IMG/VR virus record: IMGVR_UViG_3300025141_000065 | Location: 7,508 to 71,507 of that record | Source of the DNA: a virus | Strand: one strand, 5' to 3' | Length of the DNA stretch: 64,000 bases | In this document: piece by piece, positions 47,991 through 58,429 of the stretch | Layout: each line of letters opens with the position of its first letter | Numbering within the stretch: position 1 is the first letter of the stretch | Notes under the pieces: model-generated | The model's database searches: none | Told to the model about the DNA's origin: nothing | The model's input: only the letters and a program-made list of their open reading frames with translations | Program-made: the position numbers and the translations under genes

Positions 47991-50900
47991 TTACTCCTTT
48001 AAAGCAGCAACTTCAGTTTCTAAAGTTTCTATTCGTGCTATTAATTCTTTAATTGCCCATAATCCAACACCTGCCATATCTTTAGGTGCTAATGTAGCGT
48101 TTTGATATTCGTCACCAGAATCTTTTGTAATTGTTTGACCTAATCCTGACTCTTCCGTTCCAGTGCCAAAAGCATTATAAAAGTCTTGTGCTGTTGGACT
48201 TATATGTCTTTCTGCTGTAGGAATCTTATCTGACGCAATCCCCTTAGTATAATATCTACCAACATTCATAGCTTTAAGCTTGTCTGTAACGACTCGTCCA
48301 TCTGTCCCCCCATAAATTGAATGGGCAGTTCCTTCATATGTTTTAAAAGCTGCGTCCGAAACATCATTCCACGCCCCAGCAGCTGTTAATACAGCAGTTA
48401 CATTGGCATCTGCTGCTCCATTTGTAGTTGAAAACTTCATGTAGGTGATTAGTGCGTTATCAGAAGCATCAGTTGTGTGAACGCCAATTCGAGCAAAATA
48501 ATGTTCCGATCCATCATCCGAATTAGCTTTAAAATTAAATGCGTGTGTGTCGTCAGCATCAGCGGCGGATTTATCAGAGTAGAAAAACATCCTAAATGGG
48601 TCAGTGGTAGTATTGGTAGAGGCAAATCTAGCAACTATCGAACCAGCCCCATTATTTACGTCTAATGCAGTATAAGATAGTGGAGCATTGGTTCCAATTC
48701 CTACACCATCATTACCACCATCAACAAATAGCATATTAGCATTACCGCTACTTTCAACCCTGAAATCAACGTCAGCACCAGAATCATTTATTGTTATAGC
48801 ACCATCTAAATCAACTCCACCTCCAGCATCTTCCCACGCTACAGCAGCACCAACCCCACCAGAAGTTAATACTTGTCCATCCGTCCCGTAGTTAGCACCA
48901 CCTATTCCTATTTCACCCTGACTAGTAAACCGAACCTTCTCGGTAGCAGCTTCTGAATGACCAGTTTTAAATATTAAATCTGTTGCGTTAACAGAAGAAC
49001 TAAATGTTCCTTGTGCAACCGCTTCAATCGCAGCAGCAATGGTTATAGCGTCTGTGCCTCCAGCTTCATCTGGTGCTTGGAAGTCTATCTTGCCTATTAC
49101 ATCATTAGCATTAATGTCAGTAAGAGCTGTTGAAAGTAATAATTTACCTGTACTGGTAGTTGCATCTGCTGAAGCACCTCGAATCTCTAATTGATCCTCA
49201 GACTGGTCATATAACATATACGCACCAGCACTAGCACCAAAGAATTTAACATCATGTCCTGTGTCATCAACACCAACTATTACTCCTCCTGAAAATGTAG
49301 AAGAGAGATCATCGCTAATGGTTAATGCTGTTGCCAGAGCGTTAAGAGAACTTCCTGAACCTGAGGCATTTGCCGTCTGAAAAACAATATTCCCACCAGC
49401 GCTTGAACCTTTACCTTGTCCGCCTTGGAAAGTTAAAGCGCCTCCAGCTTGGTTGTTACTTGTGCCAGCAGTAGTAGCACCGGCTGACATGGTTAATGCT
49501 GTGCCTGCGGCATCATGAGCAGCTGCCGTGGGTATTAATTTATTGCTAGCGAACAGTAAATCCGTTTCTGCTTGAATAGCAGAAGTACCATTACCGGTTA
49601 ATACAGCATTAGTTAAAAGTGTTGATGCGCCTGTCCCACCATCTGCAACGGGTACATCTGTACCACCAGCACGATAAATGGCATTTCCTTCAATAGTTAC
49701 ATCTCCAGAACCTGACCTAGCTATAGTAGTATCACTAGCATGACCTAGTTCTATAGTTCCCGCTGTTGTGATAGAAAGATCATCACTAATAGTCAACGCT
49801 GTTGCAAGGGCATTTAATGAACTTCCTGAACCACCCGCATTAGCAGTTTGAAATATAATATCTCCACCCGCCCCAGAACCCTTACCCTGTCCACCTTGGA
49901 AGGTAAGTGCGCCACCTGCTATATTATTCGTAGTACCTGCGGTAGTAGCCCCAGCTGACATAGTTAATGCCGTTCCTACTGCATTATGAGCAGATGCTGT
50001 AGGTATTAATTTGTTGCTGGAAAACAAAAGATCGGTTTCAGCCTGAATAGCAGACGCTCCATTGCCTGTTAATACAGCATTTGTCAGTAAAGTCGATACT
50101 CCCGTCCCCCCATGGGCTACGCCGACATCTGTAGCTTCCCAAGTACCGGATGATACAGTTCCTACTCCTGTAATATTCGATTGATTAGCAACAGATACTA
50201 ACCCGGCATTGGTCATGGCAGCTGTACTTCCCATTGTAAGCGTGCCAGCTATCGTAGTAGTGGAGGCAGCGCCAGCCCCTATAGTTACATCAATTTCCCC
50301 ATCATCACTTGCTTGGCCTAATATTTGTAACCCAGCAGTCATGGTGGCATCGTTTTCTGCTACATAAAACTTCATTCCGGCAGCTTCAGAACCGTGATCT
50401 GCCTCTACTATATAACTTTCAATTCGGGCGAGTTCTTCGGGTGTGTTATTAGATGCATCTGTTCCGTACCAAGTAATAGTCCCCATAACGTCATTGTCTG
50501 CACCTTGTCCGGAACCGGGGTCTTTAATAAATTTTATGTATGCACCAGTTGCATCAGCATGTGTGTTTGTGATGTCTAGTCTGGGTAAACTAGCTGACGA
50601 TGAGGTTGTGGAAAGAACGTCACTTGCGTATGTTAAATTAGCTTCACCATCTAATTCTGTAGTGGTGCTACCAATAGTGATTAATCTATCTGCTGTTTTA
50701 TTGTTGAGAGCTGTGACCGCCCCTGTCGCTGAATCCTCCCAAGCTACCGCCGCCCCAGCCCCACCAGAAGTTAACACCTGACCATCAGTACCATAATTAG
50801 CTCCGGCTATACCTATCTCATTTTGACTGGTAAATCTAAATTTTTCTGCTGCGGCTTCAGAATGTCCTAATGCTAGGATTAAATCTGTTGCATTATTTGA

Positions 50901-52814
50901 GGCATCAAAAGTAACATCTGATTCAGCCCAAATAGAAGCAGAAACAAGTATTGCGTCTGTACCGGTTTCTTTAGGAGCTTGAAAATCAATCCTACCTAAT
51001 TTGTCCCCATCCACAACTGTTGTTTCAGCAGTAGATAACGTCAAAATTCCGGGCGCTCCCGCAGCCCCACGAACATCTAATAAACTACTTGGGTCTGTGG
51101 CGTTAATGCCTAAATAACCCGCACTTGTAAGTCGTATATGTTCGGTTACAGTTCCGTTTAAGGCGGTTTCTAATGCCAAATATGCATCTTGCGTGCTACC
51201 AGTGGAAGTCCAGTCTTGTTCAGTACCAATAGAAATTCTACCGGCATCGGCTACTGCTGGAGAAGAACCATCATAATACCATTGATTAAATAATATAGAT
51301 GTTTCTGTACCATCCATATCAGATGCATTTACATCGTTGGTAATTGTTAAGATGTCCTTATTTCCTTTTGCTGAACCCGTACCTGTAATTGCTAATACAT
51401 CCCCGTTAAAAGTTAATTGAGCTTCCGATGATACTGTTCCGTCACCATCATCTGTTAGTAGCTGGTTATTTGAACCATCTACCCCTACAGGGTGTAAGTC
51501 CGTTACAACTAAGGTTGCTCCTGATCTGTCTAATCCTGTAGTTCCTACTGTTCCGGCAATAGTATCTAATATATCGGCAAAAGCTTCCTTTTTTGAGGAG
51601 TTATCGTCTGCATCAATAAATGCTATAGAATCTCCATCTGCTAATACCGCTCCGGTTAATTCATTTAAGTCTAATGCTAAAGATACTCCGCCTGAAGTAC
51701 CGCCCCCACTTAAACCATCACCTGCGGTCACTCCTGTAATATCACCTGTCGTTGGGGTCGCCCACGAAGGAACGCCTGACGCTAAAGTTAATACATCTGC
51801 ATCGGAGCCTCTAGCTAATCTGGTTAGTACCCCACTACTATTTCTGTAATAAACATCTCCTTCAGCATCACTACCTAATGTCATCGTGACACCAGCTATT
51901 ACCGCCCCAGTACCCCATGTGCCAGATGTAACGGTGCTAACACCAGTAATATTTGATTGATTAGCTACCTGTAATAATCCGGAAGAATTAATAGTATGTG
52001 TAGTTCCGGAATAAATAGAGCCATCAAATCTTGCGTTACCAGCATCAACCCACATAGCCCAATTCCTAGAAATGGTTTGGTTAGACCCCGCAGTTGCTGC
52101 ATCGTTAATATAAAAAGTGGCAACATCGCTTGTAGTTACGGAAGAATTTGTAGCGGCTAATGTCGGGGCTTCAAGAGCTACATGTGTGTATTTTGTAGCG
52201 GTTCCTGAGCCTGATGTAGCGCTATCTGTAATAGTTGAGGTATCAACATGAAGCATAGCACCATCACCCGGAGTTACGCTTCTATTTCCATCAAGAATTA
52301 AACCTCCGGCAAGAGTAATGTTTCCGGAACTATCCATAGTAAATTTCGTAGCGCCGCCAACAGTTCCGCCAGTATCTATTTTAAGGGAATCTGAATCAGT
52401 ATCATCTACACCAAGAGTGAATTTATCAGTTCCACCTATTTGAAAACTTAAGTGGGGGTCGCCTGAAGATATATCAATATCAACTTCACCACCATCATTC
52501 GTTAAAATAGTACCGTCAAAAAGAAGGTTAGCCTCACCCGCAATTGCTGCGGAACCTGTAACAGTTACCACTGTATTATCAGTAGAACCAGTTAATGCTA
52601 CAGCTGAAGTACCAAGTAAATTGGTTTTAGTTATATATTTTATTATGTCCGGATCTTCTGATACATCAAGGACTAATATTAAGTCACCATCAGCAGCAGC
52701 TGCATCAAGCAGCGTTTGATCGGTAAAAATATCCTCATCAATAGATGTGGCTTTTACGTTGGTGTCAAAGAGATTTCCTTTATGTAATCCGCCGGACCTA
52801 GTATTTTTTGGCAT
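47991..52814 (-). CDS. giant virion fibre protein with internal repeats and C-terminal chaperone-like domain
   Basis: 1607 aa G/A/T/S-rich; VA.GGTG and GQVLTS.G...W fibre motifs; two duplicated 100-120 aa blocks; SD...K ... AIKEL..R.E.LE end. Confidence 0.8.
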   Translation of the reverse strand: MPKNTRSGGLHKGNLFDTNVKATSIDEDIFTDQTLLDAAAADGDLILVLDVSEDPDIIKYITKTNLLGTSAVALTGSTDNTVVTVTGSAAIAGEANLLFDGTILTNDGGEVDIDISSGDPHLSFQIGGTDKFTLGVDDTDSDSLKIDTGGTVGGATKFTMDSSGNITLAGGLILDGNRSVTPGDGAMLHVDTSTITDSATSGSGTATKYTHVALEAPTLAATNSSVTTSDVATFYINDAATAGSNQTISRNWAMWVDAGNARFDGSIYSGTTHTINSSGLLQVANQSNITGVSTVTSGTWGTGAVIAGVTMTLGSDAEGDVYYRNSSGVLTRLARGSDADVLTLASGVPSWATPTTGDITGVTAGDGLSGGGTSGGVSLALDLNELTGAVLADGDSIAFIDADDNSSKKEAFADILDTIAGTVGTTGLDRSGATLVVTDLHPVGVDGSNNQLLTDDGDGTVSSEAQLTFNGDVLAITGTGSAKGNKDILTITNDVNASDMDGTETSILFNQWYYDGSSPAVADAGRISIGTEQDWTSTGSTQDAYLALETALNGTVTEHIRLTSAGYLGINATDPSSLLDVRGAAGAPGILTLSTAETTVVDGDKLGRIDFQAPKETGTDAILVSASIWAESDVTFDASNNATDLILALGHSEAAAEKFRFTSQNEIGIAGANYGTDGQVLTSGGAGAAVAWEDSATGAVTALNNKTADRLITIGSTTTELDGEANLTYASDVLSTTSSSASLPRLDITNTHADATGAYIKFIKDPGSGQGADNDVMGTITWYGTDASNNTPEELARIESYIVEADHGSEAAGMKFYVAENDATMTAGLQILGQASDDGEIDVTIGAGAASTTTIAGTLTMGSTAAMTNAGLVSVANQSNITGVGTVSSGTWEATDVGVAHGGTGVSTLLTNAVLTGNGASAIQAETDLLFSSNKLIPTASAHNAVGTALTMSAGATTAGTTNNIAGGALTFQGGQGKGSGAGGDIIFQTANAGGSGSSLNALATALTISDDLSITTAGTIELGHASDTTIARSGSGDVTIEGNAIYRAGGTDVPVADGGTGASTLLTNAVLTGNGTSAIQAETDLLFASNKLIPTAAAHDAAGTALTMSAGATTAGTSNNQAGGALTFQGGQGKGSSAGGNIVFQTANASGSGSSLNALATALTISDDLSSTFSGGVIVGVDDTGHDVKFFGASAGAYMLYDQSEDQLEIRGASADATTSTGKLLLSTALTDINANDVIGKIDFQAPDEAGGTDAITIAAAIEAVAQGTFSSSVNATDLIFKTGHSEAATEKVRFTSQGEIGIGGANYGTDGQVLTSGGVGAAVAWEDAGGGVDLDGAITINDSGADVDFRVESSGNANMLFVDGGNDGVGIGTNAPLSYTALDVNNGAGSIVARFASTNTTTDPFRMFFYSDKSAADADDTHAFNFKANSDDGSEHYFARIGVHTTDASDNALITYMKFSTTNGAADANVTAVLTAAGAWNDVSDAAFKTYEGTAHSIYGGTDGRVVTDKLKAMNVGRYYTKGIASDKIPTAERHISPTAQDFYNAFGTGTEESGLGQTITKDSGDEYQNATLAPKDMAGVGLWAIKELIARIETLETEVAALKE

Positions 52815-53141
52815 TTAACGCCCCCAAATAATTCCACGTATTCTTACGTTTGTACTACCTGACCTTATAATACTAATCTTTGTGCCAAACCAGATGCCTT
52901 CATCAAAATAACCTTCTCCCTGCGGTATAAGCATACTGCTGGTTGTGGCTGTTTCATCGAAGGCCACATATGCATCTGCAGATTCAACCACAAAGGATAT
53001 TTTATTACACTCCTCCATACTTCCTGCTAAGGTTACAGCATCTTCAGCACTTGAGCTGGAAGTAGTAAATGTAAAAGTCTTATGTTTTTGATAATTTTGT
53101 AAAGATTCTATCTCTGATCGCCACGGTGCTTTAGTTACCAT
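52815..53141 (-). CDS. small beta-sandwich virion/decoration protein
   Basis: YVAFD.TAT...KISII...GIIWG shared with 13314..14258. Confidence 0.55.
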   Translation of the reverse strand: MVTKAPWRSEIESLQNYQKHKTFTFTTSSSSAEDAVTLAGSMEECNKISFVVESADAYVAFDETATTSSMLIPQGEGYFDEGIWFGTKISIIRSGSTNVRIRGIIWGR

Positions 53142-54132
53142 AACTATTCTCCTTCTTAGGATTAAATTTTAATAGGGTTGGGGCTGAATTCCCCAAATTA
53201 CGTGTTCGTATATTTTCCATACCTTGAGGCATCTTAAATCCTTCCCGTTTTGCGATTGACCCCATTGATAAATATTTTGGTTGTGATAATTCTTTCCGGA
53301 AAACATTATTCAGACGGCTTAAGTATTTATTGTCCGTCATTAACCCCTCAATAACCACCCTCATTTCTGATATAGAGGATGTCGAGGAATTTAATTTTTT
53401 ATTTAACCCACCTTTAATAGATGTGTTTTTCGCGTCTTCGTTTTCCAAATTAGTAATCCACCTTCTTAATTTACTTTCAAGCTGTATAGATTCCTCTAAC
53501 TGAGCTGCCATAGCCTTAGATTCTTTTTCCCAAAAATTAATTTTATCTCTAAGTTGTCTATTCTGCTTTTTTACCTCTATGTTTATTCTACTAGTTTCAT
53601 CAGCAAAAGTTTCGAGTTTTTTATTTTTTTCTAAAACTTGTTGATTTAATATCGAAACTTCTTCATCAGATCGTTTCTTTACCTCAGAATTAGCAACTAT
53701 TAATAATTCTTCTTTTTTATCTTCTATATTTTTTTTAAGGGTAGTTATTTCTTTTAATAACAAAGAATTTTTAGTTTCTATTTCTTTAGAATATCCCTTA
53801 ATGAAATTTAATTGATCAATTTCCTTTTGTAATTTTGGAATATTCTGTAGAAACCCTTCTTGGTCAGAAATTGTAACCTTTAATGTTTTTATCTCATCCT
53901 CTAAGTTAGCACTATCGGATTTAAGAGATTCAAATGATTCTTGTGCAACAATTAATTTACGTCTAACTCCATCGCGATCTGCTTCCATTGTTCTGTAACG
54001 ACCAAGTTCGGCGTTTAATTCAGCTATTTGGTCTTTGTATTTAGAATCTAAAGCTTCATTATCTAAAACAAATCGGGGTGGAGATGTTGATCGGCGAATA
54101 CTTTTTTTATTTACAAAATCATTAAGCTTCAT
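53131..54132 (-). CDS. long coiled-coil protein
   Basis: Heptad-rich K/E/L composition. Confidence 0.7.
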   Translation of the reverse strand: MKLNDFVNKKSIRRSTSPPRFVLDNEALDSKYKDQIAELNAELGRYRTMEADRDGVRRKLIVAQESFESLKSDSANLEDEIKTLKVTISDQEGFLQNIPKLQKEIDQLNFIKGYSKEIETKNSLLLKEITTLKKNIEDKKEELLIVANSEVKKRSDEEVSILNQQVLEKNKKLETFADETSRINIEVKKQNRQLRDKINFWEKESKAMAAQLEESIQLESKLRRWITNLENEDAKNTSIKGGLNKKLNSSTSSISEMRVVIEGLMTDNKYLSRLNNVFRKELSQPKYLSMGSIAKREGFKMPQGMENIRTRNLGNSAPTLLKFNPKKENSYGN

Positions 54133-54526
54133 ATGTGGGTTGAGCCTCTTCTGCTATAAACGGGTTGCCAGAAAATTCTCGTGATTTATATAGGTTTGTT
54201 ATCCATGATTCTGGGGACTCTGATTTAGATATCATTTTTATGTTTCCAGCAGTTTCTATTGAAATATCACCCCCAATAATCATCTCAATATTAGCTTCAT
54301 GACTAGGAACATAACATTCTAAAGTAATTGAACCCGCATTTTTATTGTGAAAAATAGCAGCTACAGGTATATTTTTCTCCATTGGCTCACGTTGAAGTAA
54401 GATGGGTGTTAAATAACCCGTTATTTCTGGTTCCTTAACAACAACTTCCTCTACAACTTTCTTCTGAACTTTTGTTGTAGTAGTTTTAGCTTTTTTTGTT
54501 TTCTTACTAGACTTTTTCTGTGCCAT
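54122..54526 (-). CDS. hypothetical protein
   Basis: AAGGAG RBS; Lys-rich N-terminus. Confidence 0.65.
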   Translation of the reverse strand: MAQKKSSKKTKKAKTTTTKVQKKVVEEVVVKEPEITGYLTPILLQREPMEKNIPVAAIFHNKNAGSITLECYVPSHEANIEMIIGGDISIETAGNIKMISKSESPESWITNLYKSREFSGNPFIAEEAQPTYEA

Positions 54527-54550
54527 TGTTATAGCTCTCCTTGTGTATTA

Positions 54551-55246
54551 CTATTTTCTAGGTTTTTTCGCTTTAGTTGGTTTATAAGTTACGTCTGTTC
54601 TCCCTTTTGCCTTCCTGCCTGCACCCACAAATCTGGTAATTCCTTTACCATGACCAGCAACTTTCTTTTCCCCAATACCAGTTCCAGTACCACGTATTCG
54701 TTTTTTACCTTTACGGGCAGCTATCGCACCCTTAGCCTTAGTTTCGGGTTTTACCCATCTATGAGAAACTGGGTCAAATACCTCACCTTTTCTTGGGGGA
54801 GATGTTGTCGCAGGATTAATACGGGGTGTAGTTTTCATTATTGAATTATTTTTATTTAATTGTTGTAATTTTTCTAATAAGATTGATTTTGAAAATCTTC
54901 CCCTTGTCATAGCAGCGTCTATCTGTCTATCAAATTCCCGTTGTTGGGAGGGAGATAATCTGCCTCTCTCTCTATTAATTTCATCTATAGTTTGTCCAAA
55001 CCACCAGCCTGCTAAAGCTCCAGCAGCGGGATCTATTTTCTGTATCGGTTTATTCTGATAACCTTTCTCATAATCATGATGCCATTCAAAATTAACTGGT
55101 TTCTTCTCCCTCATCAATTTTACAGCATAGTTAATAGCCTTATCAAGACCATCATCATCATCATAAGAGAATTTCTTATCATTAACAGTGCCTTTTAGTA
55201 GCTTGATAAATACATTAATAGATTTGTTTAATCTTGTATCAGACAT
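54551..55246 (-). CDS. basic protein, putative internal head protein
   Basis: Many hydrophobic-x-K sites; PPRKG..FD...HRW; very basic C-terminus. Confidence 0.5.
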   Translation of the reverse strand: MSDTRLNKSINVFIKLLKGTVNDKKFSYDDDDGLDKAINYAVKLMREKKPVNFEWHHDYEKGYQNKPIQKIDPAAGALAGWWFGQTIDEINRERGRLSPSQQREFDRQIDAAMTRGRFSKSILLEKLQQLNKNNSIMKTTPRINPATTSPPRKGEVFDPVSHRWVKPETKAKGAIAARKGKKRIRGTGTGIGEKKVAGHGKGITRFVGAGRKAKGRTDVTYKPTKAKKPRK

Positions 55247-55282
55247 AATACCCTTCTTAATATTTATTATACTTATTCTTTA

Positions 55283-55504
55283 TTAATCATTTTTAAGTTT
55301 AGAGACATGAAAAATAAACTGTTTAAGTGGTGACATTTTTTTAAGTGGTTCAGAAGCTAAAGATAATGCTTCGACATTGTTATAATGCTGCCTTGTTCTC
55401 TGTTCAGCCTCACTTTTGGCGGCTTCATGCCTTGTTTGTCCATACATAATATCTAAGTCTGGATCTTTAATCAGAGTTTCATAAAGGTTATCTACTAAAG
55501 GCAT
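55283..55504 (-). CDS. hypothetical protein
   Basis: ORF coupled to the nuclease gene. Confidence 0.55.
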   Translation of the reverse strand: MPLVDNLYETLIKDPDLDIMYGQTRHEAAKSEAEQRTRQHYNNVEALSLASEPLKKMSPLKQFIFHVSKLKND

Positions 55505-55918
55505 TTATCCCCCCAATATCCCTTTCTCAATTAATTTTTGTTTATTGTTCATATGCAAAGCTTCCAGCTCGTCTTTATTTCCCCCAAAATAAGGGACTGC
55601 ATATCCGTCATCACACATCCGTTGATTTATACTTACCGTTTCGTCATCTTGGTATAAAATCCCTAATATCCTACCAAACTTTCCTCTGTCCTTACTAAGA
55701 AGTCTAATAGTAGAGGATTCACAAATGTTCTTAAGGTATTCCTTTGACAAAAGACCTCTCACTTTTTCTTCTTTATTTCTAGTCCTACTTTCTGGTGTAT
55801 CTATCCCATGTAATCTAATACGCTGTTTAGATAAAACAACCTTAAATCCTAATTGAATATCTACATCGACAGTATCACCATCAATAACTCTATCCAATGT
55901 TACTTTATACTCATACAT
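55505..55918 (-). CDS. thermonuclease (SNase) family protein
   Basis: RVIDGDTVD, IRLHGIDTPE, GKFGRILG, SINQ.M..GYA. Confidence 0.9.
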   Translation of the reverse strand: MYEYKVTLDRVIDGDTVDVDIQLGFKVVLSKQRIRLHGIDTPESRTRNKEEKVRGLLSKEYLKNICESSTIRLLSKDRGKFGRILGILYQDDETVSINQRMCDDGYAVPYFGGNKDELEALHMNNKQKLIEKGILGG

Positions 55919-55929
55919 ACTTTATTATA

Positions 55930-56148
55930 CTAAATTGCAACGAATACTCCTACAATCCCCCCGACTATGAGAGAACAAAGCAGGAGAACTAAAATGTTTT
56001 TTTCTAATGTTTTAATGAAAGATATTTGTTTAGCTAATGAATGGATTTCAGACCTTAATGACCCAAAACTATCCATTAAAAGCTCTTCTTTTTCTTTGGT
56101 TGATAAAGCACCTTCTACAGATACTTTAGTATTGTTTTTGTTTATCAT
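55930..56148 (-). CDS. small protein with C-terminal TM helix
   Basis: Hydrophobic C-terminus. Confidence 0.55.
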   Translation of the reverse strand: MINKNNTKVSVEGALSTKEKEELLMDSFGSLRSEIHSLAKQISFIKTLEKNILVLLLCSLIVGGIVGVFVAI

Positions 56149-56278
56149 GTGATTTTTGTCCTTTACGTTGTTTATTAGAACAAACGTAACAAACTTTGTT
56201 GGGTTTTTTAGCGTGTAGTTTTACACCACACTTACAGCGTATCCATGTTCGTCTAGCCATAATTTTAAATCAGTTTAT

Positions 56279-57547
56279 TTAGTGCGTTGTAGTTGTGGGT
56301 TCAGCTATAGTGACTTCCACGTTGTCTTCAAGCGTTATATTAGCCCCTGTGACTGTAGAAGATATGGAAAATTCTTTTGTAGCAAACCCGTTTCCCTCGC
56401 CTATTTCATTTAGCAAAAGTTCCATTTTACCTATATCCATCTTTGAAAATACGCAGTCTCCACCTTTGGTATATAAATTAGTCAATCTAAGTGTTCCAAT
56501 CTTCCCATTAACCCCACTTGAGGGTGCTTGTATCCAGATTCTATCATATGTACCACCATTTGTAACCATCGCATCAGCTTGTTGATGTCCTCCACCTATG
56601 GCTCTCATGCGACTAGTCCCCGGACTTGGCGCTATGGATTGTCCGTCCGAGGCATTTCCCCGCACTATAATCGTATGAGCCTGTATATCCGTAAGTGTTA
56701 ACTTTTTACAACGAGAATTTTCAAGTATAAAATGTCCTATCTCAAGTCGTGTATTAGTACCGCCAGACACAACATTACCTGATACCTGCACCACGTTAGT
56801 CTCGCCAGATGGCAGCGCACTGCCCGTAAATACTGTTCCAACAGAAACATTTTCTATTGTAATTTCCCGAACAGGTGTACTACCTAAATCAATACGTAAC
56901 GTATTTGAACCTTCTACATATTCAGTTGGTATATCTAATGGGGCATCTCCTATAAGGGACGCTGCGTAAACACCACTATCTCCCCGTTGGAAAGAACGCT
57001 CAGCAAATACAGTTTCATTTACCACAACACCACCACCAGCGGCAGTACCAGCAAATATTAAACCTATAGCCATCTGTGGGCTGAACCCAGCGGCCCGAAG
57101 TAAACTATATGGAGATTTAAGAACATTAAAAGCCATTCGCCATTTAGCAGATTCTTCATTTAAGTAAGTAATAAGTTTCAATAATTTATCTCTGCCTACT
57201 TGTAATTTTCTGTAGATCACAATAGGGGAGTGTATTAGGGTTTTATGTAATTGTCTAGGATTATTACTAAACAAGACCAATGAAACAATAATAGCTATAA
57301 TTGAACCTGCAATAGTACCACCCCACATATAGTAGTCTGCATAAAAAATGTTTAAATTAGTTTGTAAAAATTCTTGAGTTATGGTTAAGGTTCCAAAATT
57401 AATGGGAAGATAAGTATGAGTTATATTTAATGGGTTATAACTTACTAAACCAATACCAAGAATACCTATTAATAATAAAGTTGTTGCTGCAAAATATTTA
57501 CTAAATGTTTTTAATTTAGGTAATATATTGATTGAAGGTGTTTCCAT
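56279..57547 (-). CDS. membrane protein with C-terminal beta-rich domain
   Basis: 2-3 hydrophobic helices followed by a Gly/Thr-rich beta region. Confidence 0.65.
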   Translation of the reverse strand: METPSINILPKLKTFSKYFAATTLLLIGILGIGLVSYNPLNITHTYLPINFGTLTITQEFLQTNLNIFYADYYMWGGTIAGSIIAIIVSLVLFSNNPRQLHKTLIHSPIVIYRKLQVGRDKLLKLITYLNEESAKWRMAFNVLKSPYSLLRAAGFSPQMAIGLIFAGTAAGGGVVVNETVFAERSFQRGDSGVYAASLIGDAPLDIPTEYVEGSNTLRIDLGSTPVREITIENVSVGTVFTGSALPSGETNVVQVSGNVVSGGTNTRLEIGHFILENSRCKKLTLTDIQAHTIIVRGNASDGQSIAPSPGTSRMRAIGGGHQQADAMVTNGGTYDRIWIQAPSSGVNGKIGTLRLTNLYTKGGDCVFSKMDIGKMELLLNEIGEGNGFATKEFSISSTVTGANITLEDNVEVTIAEPTTTTH

Positions 57548-58084
57548 TTAATGTCCCCATTTATGTATACAATTTTCGTTCTTCCTCAGAAATATCTTTA
57601 AATATTATTTCTGGGATATCTTCTGGAGTAGTCTTTTCTTTCTTCAATAAAGCGTTTATGAAGTTGCTTTACAACATATTATACTCAAATTTAATGATTT
57701 GTTTTATGTTTTACCACCTTTAAAAACTTCTCTCTTGTACTTAGATCCACATAAATATTGTTATTTAACCATTGAGTGCTGGGTAATTGAGAGAAAATTT
57801 GGGAGTATAATTTAGTGTTATGACAACCTTTCATATACCCACGTTCATATTCTTGCCTTTTTAAAAAACTAATTAATTTATCCTTAAATAAAATTCTTAA
57901 CAAAACATTACTTATTACTAAAATACTACTCCCTATTAAAATTATTTCTACCATTTTACTATCCTTTTTATTTCCCCCTTTAACAATCCCCCTATTTAAT
58001 AAAGAAATTAATACAAAAAACAAAGAAAAGAAAAGATATACTACGTATATCCAAAAGAAAAGAAATAAAAAAGTTAATTTTATT

Positions 58085-58429
58085 TTATAAAGGCCTTATT
58101 TTCTGAAAAGAAATGAACTCATCAGAAGTAAATACTTTCTTAAAATTAACTAAATATCCTTTATCAACTTCTTTACGATTATCAATTGCATAAGCTTCTT
58201 TAGGTACTGATAAATATAAATCATGTTTAATCCCATAAGGAATATCTAATCTAGGGAAAAGCATTTCAGTATATTTCTTAACCCAATCTTTTCCAAATAC
58301 AGACCATATTGTAATATCATAAGTACCTTTTCTTAATCCCTCATGTAAAAGCTCTACTAATTCTTTGTTAATTTCTAATGACATTTCCCATTTTACTAAT
58401 GTTTCATCGGCATCAACATATAATTTCAT
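58085..58429 (-). CDS. HAD-superfamily hydrolase-like protein
   Basis: YVDADETL (DxDxT), ITIWS, AID; start taken at MKLYVD after GAGG. Confidence 0.65.
   Translation of the reverse strand: MKLYVDADETLVKWEMSLEINKELVELLHEGLRKGTYDITIWSVFGKDWVKKYTEMLFPRLDIPYGIKHDLYLSVPKEAYAIDNRKEVDKGYLVNFKKVFTSDEFISFQKIRPL

Noticed and set aside
48825-51050. Fibre repeats as diversity-generating retroelement TR/VR
   Set aside because: No reverse transcriptase in the window; copies are in-frame and differ at many synonymous positions rather than only at adenines
10758-56585. Many + strand ORFs inside the minus-strand block (e.g. 11403..12005, 21011..21436, 39972..40505)
   Set aside because: Antisense shadows of well-supported genes, with no recognisable motifs
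57691-58023. ORF start at 58023 (MFFVLISLL...)
   Set aside because: The N-terminus runs through low-complexity T-rich sequence; a gene probably starts at MVEIIL, but the boundary is too uncertain to list
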